Origin: Azolla caroliniana
Taxonomy: Eukaryota; Plantae; Polypodiophyta
Length of the DNA stretch: 64,000 nt
Assembly (NCBI GenBank): GCA_043228905.1
Contig: JBHGNT010000008.1
Location: forward strand, 18,972,001-19,036,000
Reading direction: 5' to 3'
Shown here: positions 22,841 through 34,622 of the stretch, piece by piece
Numbering within the stretch: position 1 is the stretch's first letter
Layout: each line of letters opens with the position of its first letter
Position numbers and translations under genes: made by a program
Notes under the pieces: generated by a model
Seen by the model: only the letters and a program-made list of their open reading frames with translations
What the model was told of the DNA's origin: nothing
The model's database searches: none

Positions 22841-23037
22841 CACAAACAAATCGTTATATTCCAATAGCAACAATTACAAAGAATGACAACCAACAACCTT
22901 TTCTAAAGGTTACAAAGTCACTTTATATAGTGACTGTCCTAGGACAACTGCCCTTTATGCTATTTACAGAAATAGCCCAAACTTGGGTTGTCCAAAGAGA
23001 TAGTGTGAATACGACCATTATACACTCGTATTCAACA
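22031..23037 (-). mobile_element. Copia C1 leader, Met-i PBS (22661-22672) and 5' LTR (22675-23037)
   Basis: Diverged homologue of the C2 leader and LTR; tgttaggg...ttcaaca. Confidence 0.88.
22772..22839. repeat. (AG)n microsatellite, about 33 units, in the C1 LTR
   Basis: Seen directly; expanded relative to C2. Confidence 0.95.
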
Positions 23038-25060
23038 CCGCTATGGAGGAAGAGATGCGGGCACTTGATGCTAATGACACATGGGACCTTGTTGACCCTC
23101 CCTGACATTGCAAACCGATTGGTTGCAAGTGGGTGTACAAGGTAAAGCATAATGCTGACGGTTCGGTCAACTGGTACAAGGCCTGATTAGTGGCCAAAGG
23201 ATACGCGTAGACCCATAGAATTGACTACGATGAGACTTCACTCCGGTAGCGAAGATGACGAAAGTTCGTCTAGTGTTGGCAATTGCTGTGACAAGGGGGT
23301 GACACCTTCACCAAATGGATGTGAAGAATGCGTTTCTTCAAAGTGATCTTGAAGAATAGGTGTACATGATCCAACCCCCCGGTTTTCAGTCGGAGATGAA
23401 CAAGTCGGTAGTGTGCCGACTCAAAAAGTCCCTTTACGGCCTAAAGCAAGCCCCTCGTGCTTGGAATTCGAAGATCACGCACCAGTTGCATAAGATGGGG
23501 TTTGCGGCCTCGAAGTCGGACTCTTCACTATTCATCTAGACTGTCTGGTATGTATCCTGTTATATGTAGATGATCTAGTCATCACCGAACCCGGACTTGC
23601 TGAAATCGGTCAAGTGAAGTCCTAGATGTGAGACACATTCGAAATGAAGGACATGGGGGACCTTCATTACTTCATCGGGATCGAAGTGATCCACACCCCC
23701 GACGACATATTGTTGTCCCGAAGACATTATGTGTTGAATATGTTGTACAAGTTCGGCATGACGGATTGTCGACCAGTCTCCACACCCTTGGACCAGAACC
23801 TAAAGCTTCGTCCTGACTCCGGACCGGCATGCGATGAGAATCGGTTCTGACAAATAGTCAGAAGCCTTACTTATTTAACGATCGCCCGACGTGACATTAG
23901 CTATGCGGTCGAAGCGATTAGTCAATTCATGTAGAAGCCAACCGTGGAGCACCTTCAGTGCGTTGAGCACTGAGGCCGAGTATTGAGGCGCTACCGTTGC
24001 CACCTATGAAGCCATATGGCTTCGACGACTGATGCAAGACCTCCGGATCGAAGTACTGACTTTGATCCTAATCTACTTCGACAACATGAGTAGCATGCAG
24101 CTAGCCAAGAACCCCGTGTTCCATGCTCGGACGAAGCACATAGAAGTGCACTATCACTTTGTGCGCGAGCGAGTCCTCAACGGTGAAGTCGAACTCTGGT
24201 ATGTCCGGACGGATCAGCAAGTTGCCGACATCTTCACCAAGGCCCTTGTAACTGACATGTTGCAGCATTTTTTGGAGATGCTTGGTCTTCAGCATCTCGA
24301 CATGTTGCACTTGAGGGGGAGAAAGGAGGATACCGGAAAGGAGGATAGCGGGAAAACAGGTAATGGCACCGGACAAAGAGCTGGAGAGACAGGGGGAGAC
24401 AAGAAGAAAAAGGGAGTCGAGTCGACTGAAGAAGTTGGCACATCCAAACAAGTCGGAACAAGCCGCGACGACGATGAAGGACAGAGCCAACCAGAACGAG
24501 AAGGCCAAGACCCGGGCGTGGTTCGAAGGGGTGAAGGGCTTGAAGGTTGAAGAAGAATTAGAGACAAACGGACAAGAGTTGGAACGAATCGGAGGCAACC
24601 GATTTCGAAGAGGAGTTTGATTCGGAGGAGCCGAATCAATTGAAGGCCAAACAGACGAGGAGGCAGGGGAGGTCGACATGGACACGGAGGAACCGATAGA
24701 GTCGCAACAATGAAGGAGTTGAGATGGGCCTTATGGGCAGACAAGCCGACCGAGAAGGTCGAAGTGCCGAACGGGTCTAGGAGTGCGAGCAAGACGGGAA
24801 GACGCTAGGAGGAGCCGGAGGGAAGAACTGGCAAACACTAACTCAATGATCTGACCTCAAGTTGAGCTTGAGGGGGAGTGTTGAGCGGGCAAGCTCAACC
24901 GGATCTGGATCGGTATCCGGAATGGAGAACCAGATAGGTGTCCGGATATATCGGTATCTGGAACCTACAGCCGGACCAAAGAACCAGATCGTACTTCGGA
25001 ATAGTGAGAACCGGTAGGCCTTTGGAGCCTATAATCTGAGTCTAGTACGTAGGCATATTC
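23038..25060 (+). mobile_element. Copia E (D-related), degenerate RT/RNase H, PPT and start of 3' LTR (24879)
   Basis: HQMDVKNAFL, LYVDDL and RTKHIEVHYH remnants with many stops; gagcttgagggggag|tgttgag. Right boundary approximate. Confidence 0.85.
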
Positions 25061-28000
25061 CTTGAAGTTAGTGTCAATCGCTCGTATGAGCATTGAAATA
25101 CTTGTCAATACTTTTAAGGACGTGTATAAAAAGTTTTATGTAGGACATTTGTATGTATAGAGTGTTATTATTTTGAATTGAGTTTATGCTATTCTACTCT
25201 TTGTCTCTCCCATGTATTGTGTATTCTTAAACTTCCATTAAACCTTCACTCTTTGTTTTACTGTTGTTATCCATTTGAGCCGGTTTATCTAAGCTTCCGC
25301 ATATTAACTTTTACACAAACTGAATTTTGTAACCTAAGGTTAAGGTTATTCATTTTGGTTGTTGTCGTCATTCGTTTTGTAACTCATAGCTTGATTAATA
25401 CAGTTACATCTTGCTTGTGTTATCACGGCTGAATTCTCTCCTTGCACTTTGTTGATCTTGTCTCACGATTTAGTTGTCTATTAGTCTTAATCTGTTTCTT
25501 TGTCTTCTCTCTGATGATCTTTATCACAAAGAGTGATGAGATATCATTCCGCACCAAGACAATTGCTTACAACATCTGGTATCATAGCTTGGCATTTTCT
25601 TGATCCCGTTGCTACCGTCTACTTTGTTCTTCATCAACGACTCTCTTTTGTCCCTTTCAAAGACAATTTTTGGTATAATTGATTCCAAGATTTCAGTCCT
25701 ATTGAAATCCTTCGTCTGGCAACTCTTCACAAGATCATATTCAGCAAAGAGAAGCTCCTAGATCACTTGTAGCCCATTGTTCTAAATCACCCTTGAAGTA
25801 AGCTAGTCGGTTGTACTTTACCCTTGTGATTGTAGCCGCTCGGAGTGAACTTCGTTTTGCAAGTTCTGCCTCAATCATGCTTCATCAGGCTAGAAGACAA
25901 TCGAATAGGTTGATTGACACTATTCACTGGCTCGTTGTAATCACTCGTAGCATATTGGGCTCCTGGAAACAACCCGTATTAGTGTTTCATTCGGCTAGAA
26001 GATATTCGAGAGGACCAGTCGGCTCCACCCTTCTCATCGTTGTAGTCATTCGAAGCAAGATTGTCTTGGATAATCGACACAAAATCTGTGATCGACATCT
26101 CGAAATCGGCATTGGAATCAAATTGAAAGTTTTGTATTCAACTTGGGAAGCCAATTCGACTTGTGTTCGAATCCAACTAGAACGATATCGGGTGAGCCAG
26201 TCGGCTGCATCCCACCATTGTTTGTAGTAAACTCCGAATAGAGTCTAACAAGCTGAAACAGATGGCATCAACATCCAACTCATTAGTGACGAGTCTAAGG
26301 AAGTTCAATGGATCGAACTTCAACTTCTGGAAGGAGTAGGTGCAAGACTATCTAATAGTCAAGGGTCAGATAGATTCTATTGAGTAAGAAAACCCTTCAG
26401 AAGGAATCTAATCGAATGAGTGGACGAAACTTGATAGAATTGTCCGAGCCACCATTTGGATGCACTTGTCGGAGTTAGTGTACTTCATAGTTCAATTGTG
26501 TCTGACGGCCTTTCAACTATGGAAGACACTCTCGGACACTTCTGAGAAGAAGGTAGCTACCACACAGATATATCTGATTCGACGTCTTTACAATCTTTGG
26601 ATGAAAGAATCATCGTTCTAGGCACACCTCAACGTGTATGAAAGCCTAAGTTCCAAAATCTTGGCTCAGAGGATGACTATTGAGGATGAACTAAAAGCCA
26701 TGCTTTTTATGAGTAGTCTCCCCCCTCTCATGGGAAACTTTTGTCACAACCATGTGCAATGCATCAATTGCCGCCGTGAAGTACTCCGAAGTCACAAGTG
26801 CAATCCTGATTGAAGATGCTCAGAGGAAATCATTTGCAAAAGACTCGGCCAACGACGCTTACATAGTACAAAGTTCGATTGACCGATCGAACAATCAAGG
26901 AAGAAGTTCTTCCCGATCACCGAACAATCAGCGAAGTCGGAGCAAGTCTCACGACAATCGAATCTGTAACTATTGCAAGAAACTCGGGCACATCAAAGCC
27001 GATTGCCGTGCACTCAAAGCCGAGAACGATATAGCTCAACGAGCTGATCCAAAGAGTGGCCCACATGAGGAGGTCAATTACATCGGCTCTTCCGCAGAAG
27101 TATTGTTGAATGACCCGAAAATTCTGTTTATCGAACACTCAGTTGAATCAGAAGTTCTGCTTACGACTGAAGAGTCAAGCACTTGGCTCCTTGATTCGGG
27201 TGTGTCCTATCACGTGACTCCTCATAGATCCCAATTTCGGCAATATTTGGCCCGACACTCCGACTCAGTCCGAGTTGGAAATTTGCAGCATTGCGCTATA
27301 ATCGGAATCGGCAGAATAGAGCTCAACGTCTAGGGTGGCTCTACATTAGTACTACACAATGTCTGTCTCGTACTTGAGCTCTTATGACCTTTGATCTCAA
27401 TCAGACAATTGGACGAAGACAACATCTGTGCTGACTTCTCATTAGGAGGGTGGACACTCCACAAGGGGAACCTCCTACTTGCTTGAGGCCCGAAGGTACA
27501 TTCACTGTACCCGTTATATGTCACACTTAGAGATGGTGACTTGTTTTTGGTGGACATTCCTGTGTTGTTGCTATAGCATGGACAACTTGGACACCTCAAC
27601 AAGGCCATCATCATGCATTTATCCAAAGACGGATACATTCCCAAACTCTCCTTCTATGATCATCAATTCTGCAAGCATTGTCAGTATGGCAAACAGACAA
27701 CCGCATCACACCCAATGATAGTACCGAGAGAATCGAGTCCACTTGATTTGGTCCACTCAGACGTTTGTGGCCCTATGCCACATTAGTCTCTTGCCGGTGC
27801 ACTGCACTTCGTCAATTTTATCGACGATCCGACTCGGAAGGTGTGGGTTTATCTGATCAGAACCAAAGATCGAGTGTTCTTGGTCTTTTCCAAATGGCTC
27901 GCAATGGTAGAAAATCAGTCTAGTCGAAAGCTAAAATGCCTTCGGATCGACAACAGAGGAGAGTTTAAGTCAAAAGAATTCGTCAGATTTTGCCGATAGT

Positions 28001-28912
28001 GCGGCATCAGATGTGAATACATGGCACCACAGAGTCCGGAGTAGAACGGAATTGCGGAGCAGAGGAATCGAACAATTCAAGAACGGATAATATCCATGCT
28101 CCAACACTCTGGACTATCAGATGGCTTTTGGGCAGAGGCCCTACTTATGACAGTACACATAATTAACATGTTGCCGAGTAGGCCTTTAGGACTTCAAGTA
28201 CCTAAGGAATTATGGACCGGCAGGAAGCTGAATTATGACAAGTTGAGGATTTTCGGATGCGAGGCGTACGCCCTCATACTTAAAGTTGACCGCCGCAAAT
28301 TAGAATCGAGGTCCAAGAAATGTATTTTCCTTGGCTATGGACTAGACGACGAGATCAGATATCGACTCTAGAACCCAGAGCACAGACAAATCGTCCAAAG
28401 TTCGGATGTAGTGTTCAATGAGTCGGCTCTGCAAAAGACTGCTGAAAAGGCCTATTGAAGTCCGAAGGGTAATCTTTTCAGATATGTCGACCCTTCACGA
28501 AGGCCAACCCATAACACAAGGTCGGCTTCATGGGTAGCCGAATCCTCTCACACTGACTCAACAACACTTTACTCGGCACAACCTAATGATTGAACTTTGA
28601 ACCATCCGGCTCAAACAATTGATGCGACTAGTCTAATCATACCTTAAAGATCTAAGAGATTGTCGCAACCCTCGGAGAGGTATTCTCTAGGAATCTTCTT
28701 TACGGATGCCGACGAACCGATGTCATACAAAGAAGCATCGGTATTAGCCGATTTGGCCACGTGGCATTTGGCGATGGAGTCGAAAATGAACTCCATTTGG
28801 GCAAACAAGACTTGGGATTTGGTCAAACAACTGAAAAATCTACGTGCTCTTCCGTGCAAGTGGGTCTACAAATTAAAAGAGACGTCTGATTCAGCCACCC
28901 CAAAATTCAAGG
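25061..28912 (+). mobile_element. Copia F: degenerate C-family element with a different LTR (ends 25573), PBS at 25576, gag-IN-start of RT, truncated at 28912
   Basis: ...ttacaaca-tc-TGGTATCATAGC; gag from about 26262 (MASTS..SLRKF.GSNF); homology to C2 stops at TPKFK. LTR start uncertain. Confidence 0.85.
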
Positions 28913-29741
28913 AACACCAGGACATTTGAAACAGGTAATATGTCGCATTCCCTAATTGATAATTACATGAGATGTCAAAATTACCTTTTTTGAATGAACT
29001 TTCAAGAACCTATCACGCATGCGTACATGATTTTTAGAGACACCACTCAAAAATGCAATTAATATTTTGAAGAATAAAAATTAAACCGACATTTTTTCAA
29101 TTCAAATACAAATTTATCCAATTCTTAGATAAGATGTTGGGAATGCATCCAATTATAATTGTAATATGCTTCATTGTACAAAATGTTCAATTCGAATCCA
29201 ACTTAACAATTTTAGAAATGCAATTATGTTACTATATTTGTCTCTAAAATTGATAAAGATTGATATGTCGAGTTTATAAAAAGAATTTATGGATATAATT
29301 AGAAAAAAATTCGTAAAAGAATATCTCACGAGATAGCACGCACGCAAAAAAACCACTATGAACATTATATGTCAATCATACATGAACAACGTGAAGGCAT
29401 TATCATATGAGCAACCATCTTGACTTAATATTATTATGTTTACTCAAAACTAGTTTACCAAGATTAATGATTTAACATAAATCATATAATAAACACTAAG
29501 TTCAATTATATTAATCGAGAAACAATTATAACCAACATTTGTCATACAATCGATAAGCTAAAATCATATGTTCAATGGAAATTATACTTAACCACATACT
29601 CTACAAGTCAACCTTTGTAACATATGATAGACACATTGAGTTCGAAACACCAATAGGATAGATTAAAGAAATTATACTCAAACGAAAAGTTCTTATACTT
29701 CAAAACAATATGTCAGTTACAAATACAAAGAATTATACAAA

Positions 29742-32676
29742 TCACTCCATTAGGAGGTTTAGAACAGGCTACTCTCCAAGATCAACTGGATGTTGTGTCA
29801 TATCCGCTTGTTCCGTCTGCTCAGTTGAATCTTGTGTTTGTTCAGACTCTGGTACATCCTTGAGGTCGACAAGGTCCCCTCCATCTTCCTCTATAGGTTC
29901 CACCGACTCTCTAGAGGTCAATGGAAACATCTCACTTTCATTGATATGCTTTGCCCCAACGTCTTGGTCTTAGTTGGGACAATCCTAGATACCTTGGATC
30001 CTCATTTTAATAAAATTAACTTGTGAGGGGTCCTTCTCCAAGGCGACACGATTCCTGAACAGTTTCAAAGCACATGCAGTCGTTGTTCATGAATAAACAA
30101 TCGTAAATGCGGAAGTAAAAAAACAAAGTTGAGAAAATAAATTTTAGTTTAAGATAAATTGATCATACTTATAAGATTACCTGTTCCAGAGCTAAGTCAA
30201 GCACCCAATCATCAAGGTTGGAGAACAACTTGATCAATCGATTTATTAAACGTTGGGGCTTTTGGTACGGGTTAACTAGACACTTATCACCAAAAACATG
30301 GCGTAACTTCTTCGTCACAGTTGGGCACATGATATAATTTACGATGTTTCACTCATTCACATGTGCTCAAGCCTTCTTGAACTTAGAAATTGCGTCGTAG
30401 TACCCCATGCACAAATGCTCCACAACGCTCACCATTTGATCGTCCGGGGTACGAGTTATATTCGTCTTAACCCTATTTGTAATGGAATGGAAATAAGTCA
30501 ATATCTATATAGTAAGTACAATTGAAACCATATATAAAATAGAAACAACTTAAAGCTTACCAATGCATGTGTTCAGTTGCACGACATCTCGACTTTAATG
30601 CATTAGTGACCGATAAAGCTTGACCCATACTATGAAATATCACAATTCACCACAATGGAGCGAGGGTCAGCTCTGCAAAGTCCTTCACCATCTTTTCTAT
30701 TTGAGGATATTTATAAAGCACGTCGTCCCTTCTTCTTAGAAATTGCATCGTAGTACCCCATGCACAAATACTCCACAATGCTCACCATTTGATCGTCCGG
30801 GGTACAAGTTATATTTGTCTTAACCCTATTTGTAATGGAATGGAAATAAGTCAATATCTATATAGTAAGTACAATTGAAACCATATATAAAATGGAAAAA
30901 AACTTAAAGCTTACCAATGCATGTGTTCAGTTGCACGACATCTCGACTTTAATGCAGTAGTGACCGATAAAGCCTGACCCATATTATGAAATATCACAAT
31001 TCACCACAATGGAGCCAGGGTCATCTTTGCAAAGTCCTTCACCATCTTTTCTATCTGAGGATATTTATAAAGCATGTCGTCGTATGTGGACCCCGTTATT
31101 CGAAACCCATATGTTATGTCCGCGACGAGCAATGTATATAATGGTGATGCCACATCACCATTATATGTGCTATAATACAATTGGCGGAAAGGATCAACCT
31201 TGTGTAGAAAACTCTTCACTATATCCGAGTCTTCGGGCACCTCTAGCTCCTTTCCTTTTGTCATTCGATTTTCATACTTCACTCATTCCAAATGAGTGAT
31301 GAATGCACTTGGAATGCCTTCATTACTATCACCCAATTTTTTCCATCGAGGTGGTTTCTGCAATTATAAGCTTTATAGGAAAATGCGCATTATCCTAAAA
31401 TCAACTATATAAGATATAATCACACATACCCATTGTCTAAATACAATGAAAAATTCTTCAAGAGCCTTGGAAGATGATGTTTTTGGTAACGATTGCTCCA
31501 CTTCTTCCCACGTAGGTAGGGATAGCTTTTTCATCATTAGCTCTTGTATCTTCATGTAAACCTTATGGCTAAAATATATTACACATAAAGGTTAGAATCA
31601 AGAAAAAATTAACAAAGCAATCCAATAAAAAACAATGATCACATAGATTACTCACTTTCGAAACTCTGTGACCATTTCATCCACGCTAAATTCCTTGGCG
31701 ACCACTCTTGATAATACAGATATTAATAATCTGTCATCTTTTATCCCTTGCAATGATCGCCAAGGAAGTAGCTTCATGTCCTCGATCAATTCCTATATCA
31801 CCAAGTCACTTTTACGTGACTTAGACTTCATCTCCACTTGAGGGTCCAACTTAGCCTTCTTTGAACATTGACCCTTTATCTCTTTTCGTTCCCACATACT
31901 GCATATTCGATCTTGGAGGTCCCACACCTCCCCTGTTCTAAAAGCAAGCTGAAACGATGAGTCATACTTTCTCAGGCCTTTAGACTTTGTGCTTTCATCA
32001 ACTGCTATCCCTACTTCAAGCAGACATTGTCGTCGCAATCCAGGATGCAGCCTAGGACCAAATTTTTGCAAAGCATCAAGGTACTCGTGATGAAAGAACA
32101 TGATGCGCTCTATACATGACATCTTTTGTCTATAGCCATTGTCATTATTGTGGTCCCAGGCTAACAACTTGGCTTCTTCATGTGTAAGACCAACATACAC
32201 TTCACATTCTGCATATTTGTAGAAAGGTGTAAGAGGATACTCCTTAACAAGTTGACGTCGGGCTTCAGCAGAGTGGGATCCTCCAATAACGTAGTATGTA
32301 TAATTATCTGCCAAACAGTACTTGAAGTCCGCTACAATTGGTAATTGATCTGGGTTTACCATTACTAAGAATGGCACAACAGTAGCATGTGGATTGATCT
32401 TCATTTTTCTTTTCCAATTCTGCACATGCACTGAATGCGACTCTCTTATCTCTAGAGCCCGTCTTCTTGCTTCTAGATCAATTGGTGGCCTTTGAATTGA
32501 ACAAATCGGTAATGAAACAATTGTCCCTTACAGACAAGTTTAGTCTTTGCTATATTTTCACGAATCCGATTTGTTCTAAGGTGAGGATTGGTGAGGCAAT
32601 CTGGCCACCTGGAGGAATTACTTCTAGTTGTGATCTTCCTCCTCATCTTTAACAAACTCGAGAACTTCGAGCTCGT
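29742..32676 (-). pseudogene. Intron-containing ParB/Srx-like + beta-class N4C/N6A DNA methyltransferase (N6_N4_Mtase-like) fusion, pseudogenised
   Basis: Spliced translation: IVSLPICSIQRPP..EIRESHSVHVQN..VPFLVMV..YYVIGGSHSAEARRQL (ParB-like); YNGD..LLVADITYG (motif IV); WVKTN..VEYL; NPYQKPQRLINRLIKLFSNLDDWVLDL-SGTG|TTTACALKLFRNRVALEKDPSQVNFIKMRI (motifs X/I/II). Introns at 31569-31655, 31358-31429, 30826-30914 and 30089-30180 preserve frame. Confidence 0.88.
30383..31083. repeat. Tandem duplication of about 350 bp (exon-intron-exon) in the MTase gene
   Basis: 30383-30727 is near-identical to 30735-31083, including the intron. Confidence 0.9.
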
Positions 32677-34298
32677 TGTCGTGGAGCAAACCGTCCCTAG
32701 GCGAAATTGGAGAATGATGTGCGTGAACTGGCCCTTACACGCGGGCACAAGTTTTGTTGTAATGTACATATTTAGATACAAGTCGGTTGATGTGAATATC
32801 CTAGGTCTCACGGATTTGATAGGTAGGAAATCGAGGCATATCTATGTCCGAAAGGACAGAGAATAAAGAGGATGAAACAAGTTGTAACGGCCTCCCTCCT
32901 TGGGCTATGAAAGAGAGGGAGAGGAATTGTAAAGAGGATCGATTTAGTCGAGGACGAAGTGCTGTCGGACTAGGACCGAGCTCTTCTCCTCCGTCTTTCT
33001 CTGTATTTTCTCTATGCAGGTTTTCGGGAGGCTGACTCTGCTCTGCGGAACGCCCGAGTGCTTCCGGCAGAGTCTCCATCTCGCTCTTCTACATGCGTGT
33101 GCGTAGGAGATTTGTCGCTCACTGGCCTACCGGTTGTAACCCCTTTTTAATCAGAATATATATATACATATACGCATTCGTCTCATTTCCGTTGTTTCAT
33201 TCGGTTGCGGTTTCTGTGTATTTCTCTGTGTGTGTGGAAGCACAACTGTTGTCTTTCTTGCTCCTACTCCTGATCAGTTATTCCTCGGTCCAAGACCCCC
33301 GTGGTCCCACCTCGTTCTATACGCATGTGCGTAACAACACGACATATTTGGTGAACCTGACGTGAACAAGCGGTAGAGGAATAGAAAGATGAGGGGAATG
33401 GAGCTTGCAGAAGCCATGGCTTCAGCTATAGATCAATTAGTGAGTGCGCATGAAGGCGCAGGCACCCTCGATAGGGCTATTGAAGCAATCGTCGGCACGA
33501 TACGCCGGTTCGGTGGAAAGGACGCCACGAGCTACTTGGAGGCCTACCGAACCGAAATGGTGATGAGGGACATTCCGGAAGATAGGCGACTGGCCGGATT
33601 CCCTCGGATGGCGATGCCGGGCATCCACGCGGAGGTGCTCGAGGTACGAGTTGAGAGCCGGACCTGGGAAGAGTTTGAAGATTGGTTTCTTGAGAAATAC
33701 GGGCTTGATGACGCGCTTCGACTATTGAAGCGGGACTTCATGGAATGGGTGGAGACCCTCGAAAAGGGGAAAAATGCGTCGGTGCTCCTCTAGGGGTTTG
33801 AAGAACGCTTCTCGCGTCTTTCGGCGCTAGACTGGTGTCGTGAAGATCCGTCACTATGTGCGGATCGTGAGGCGAAACCGCCGGGGTTCTGGACTGGAAA
33901 GATTCAAAGTCGATACAAGCTTTGGCGCAAGCTTTGGCGAGAAAGTACTTAAGATAGATTGGGAAAGAGAGAAGTTGAGATTAAACGATTGAGAGAGATT
34001 GATTGAACTTTTATCTTTGGATTTAAGAAACAAGTTACACGATCAATTTGATAACAAATTTCTTCTTCTTAATTTCATAACAAAAAAAAAACGCGTTTTT
34101 TCTCCTCCCCCTTCCTTCTTTTATAGATGCTCTCATGCATATGATGCATGTGAGGGTACAAGACATGCATAAAATGCATGCTTGCCATTTGGCGCTTATG
34201 TATTACATGTGGTGCATGATAACCATGTCACTCATTTTAGCTCTCATGTATGAGAATTTACACGTAAAAGTACAATGATAAAAATATAAATTCAACTA

Positions 34299-34372
34299 AA
34301 TGGCATGGCTTAATGGTAAGCCAATTGACTCCTAACTCGGAGGTGCAAGGTCCGAATCCTTACTTGCCCTTC
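34299..34372 (+). promoter_or_regulatory. tRNA-like Pol III A/B-box module in solo LTR A'
   Basis: A-box TGGCTTAATGG (34306-34316, fits TRGCNNARYGG); B-box GGTCCGAATCC (34349-34359) within an aagg/cctt stem. Confidence 0.68.
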
Positions 34373-34420
34373 CTTGTATATGTATATATGTATATATATT
34401 TATATATTTATTTATCTAGT

Positions 34421-34622
34421 CACCGGACGCCGGTTCGTCAGATGCCGTCGGTTACCGGTGCCTCGCCGGTTGTCGCCGGATACCGGTGCCGCCGCCGGAT
34501 GCCCTCGGTTACCGGTGCCTCGCCGGATGCCGTCAGTTACCAGTGCCTCGCTAGATGCCGTCGTCTCATCGGCGCCGGATGCCGTCACCGGATGCCATCA
34601 CCGGCTCCATCGCCGGTCCGGT
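34421..34622. repeat. GC-rich minisatellite in solo LTR A'
   Basis: Repeated (cc)ggatgccgtcggttaccggtgcctcg units. Confidence 0.85.

Larger units (their letters stand above)
28913..32676. other. AT-rich non-LTR insert inside the Copia F RT, carrying the methyltransferase gene; continues at 40708-40875
   Basis: Abrupt junction in the Copia RT coding sequence and a composition shift; G1 TSD (TCGT) joins 32676 to 40704. Confidence 0.7.

Noticed and set aside
22468-22896. ORFs with SLSLSL runs
   Set aside because: Translation of the (AG)n microsatellite.
28913-28945. Helitron 3' end (CTGG plus hairpin) on the minus strand
   Set aside because: Only a 5-bp stem (gacat/atgtc), and the junction does not match the Copia breakpoint exactly; unsupported.
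29742-32676. Bacterial contamination as the source of the methyltransferase
   Set aside because: It has spliceosomal introns and is interrupted by plant LTR elements with a clean TSD.
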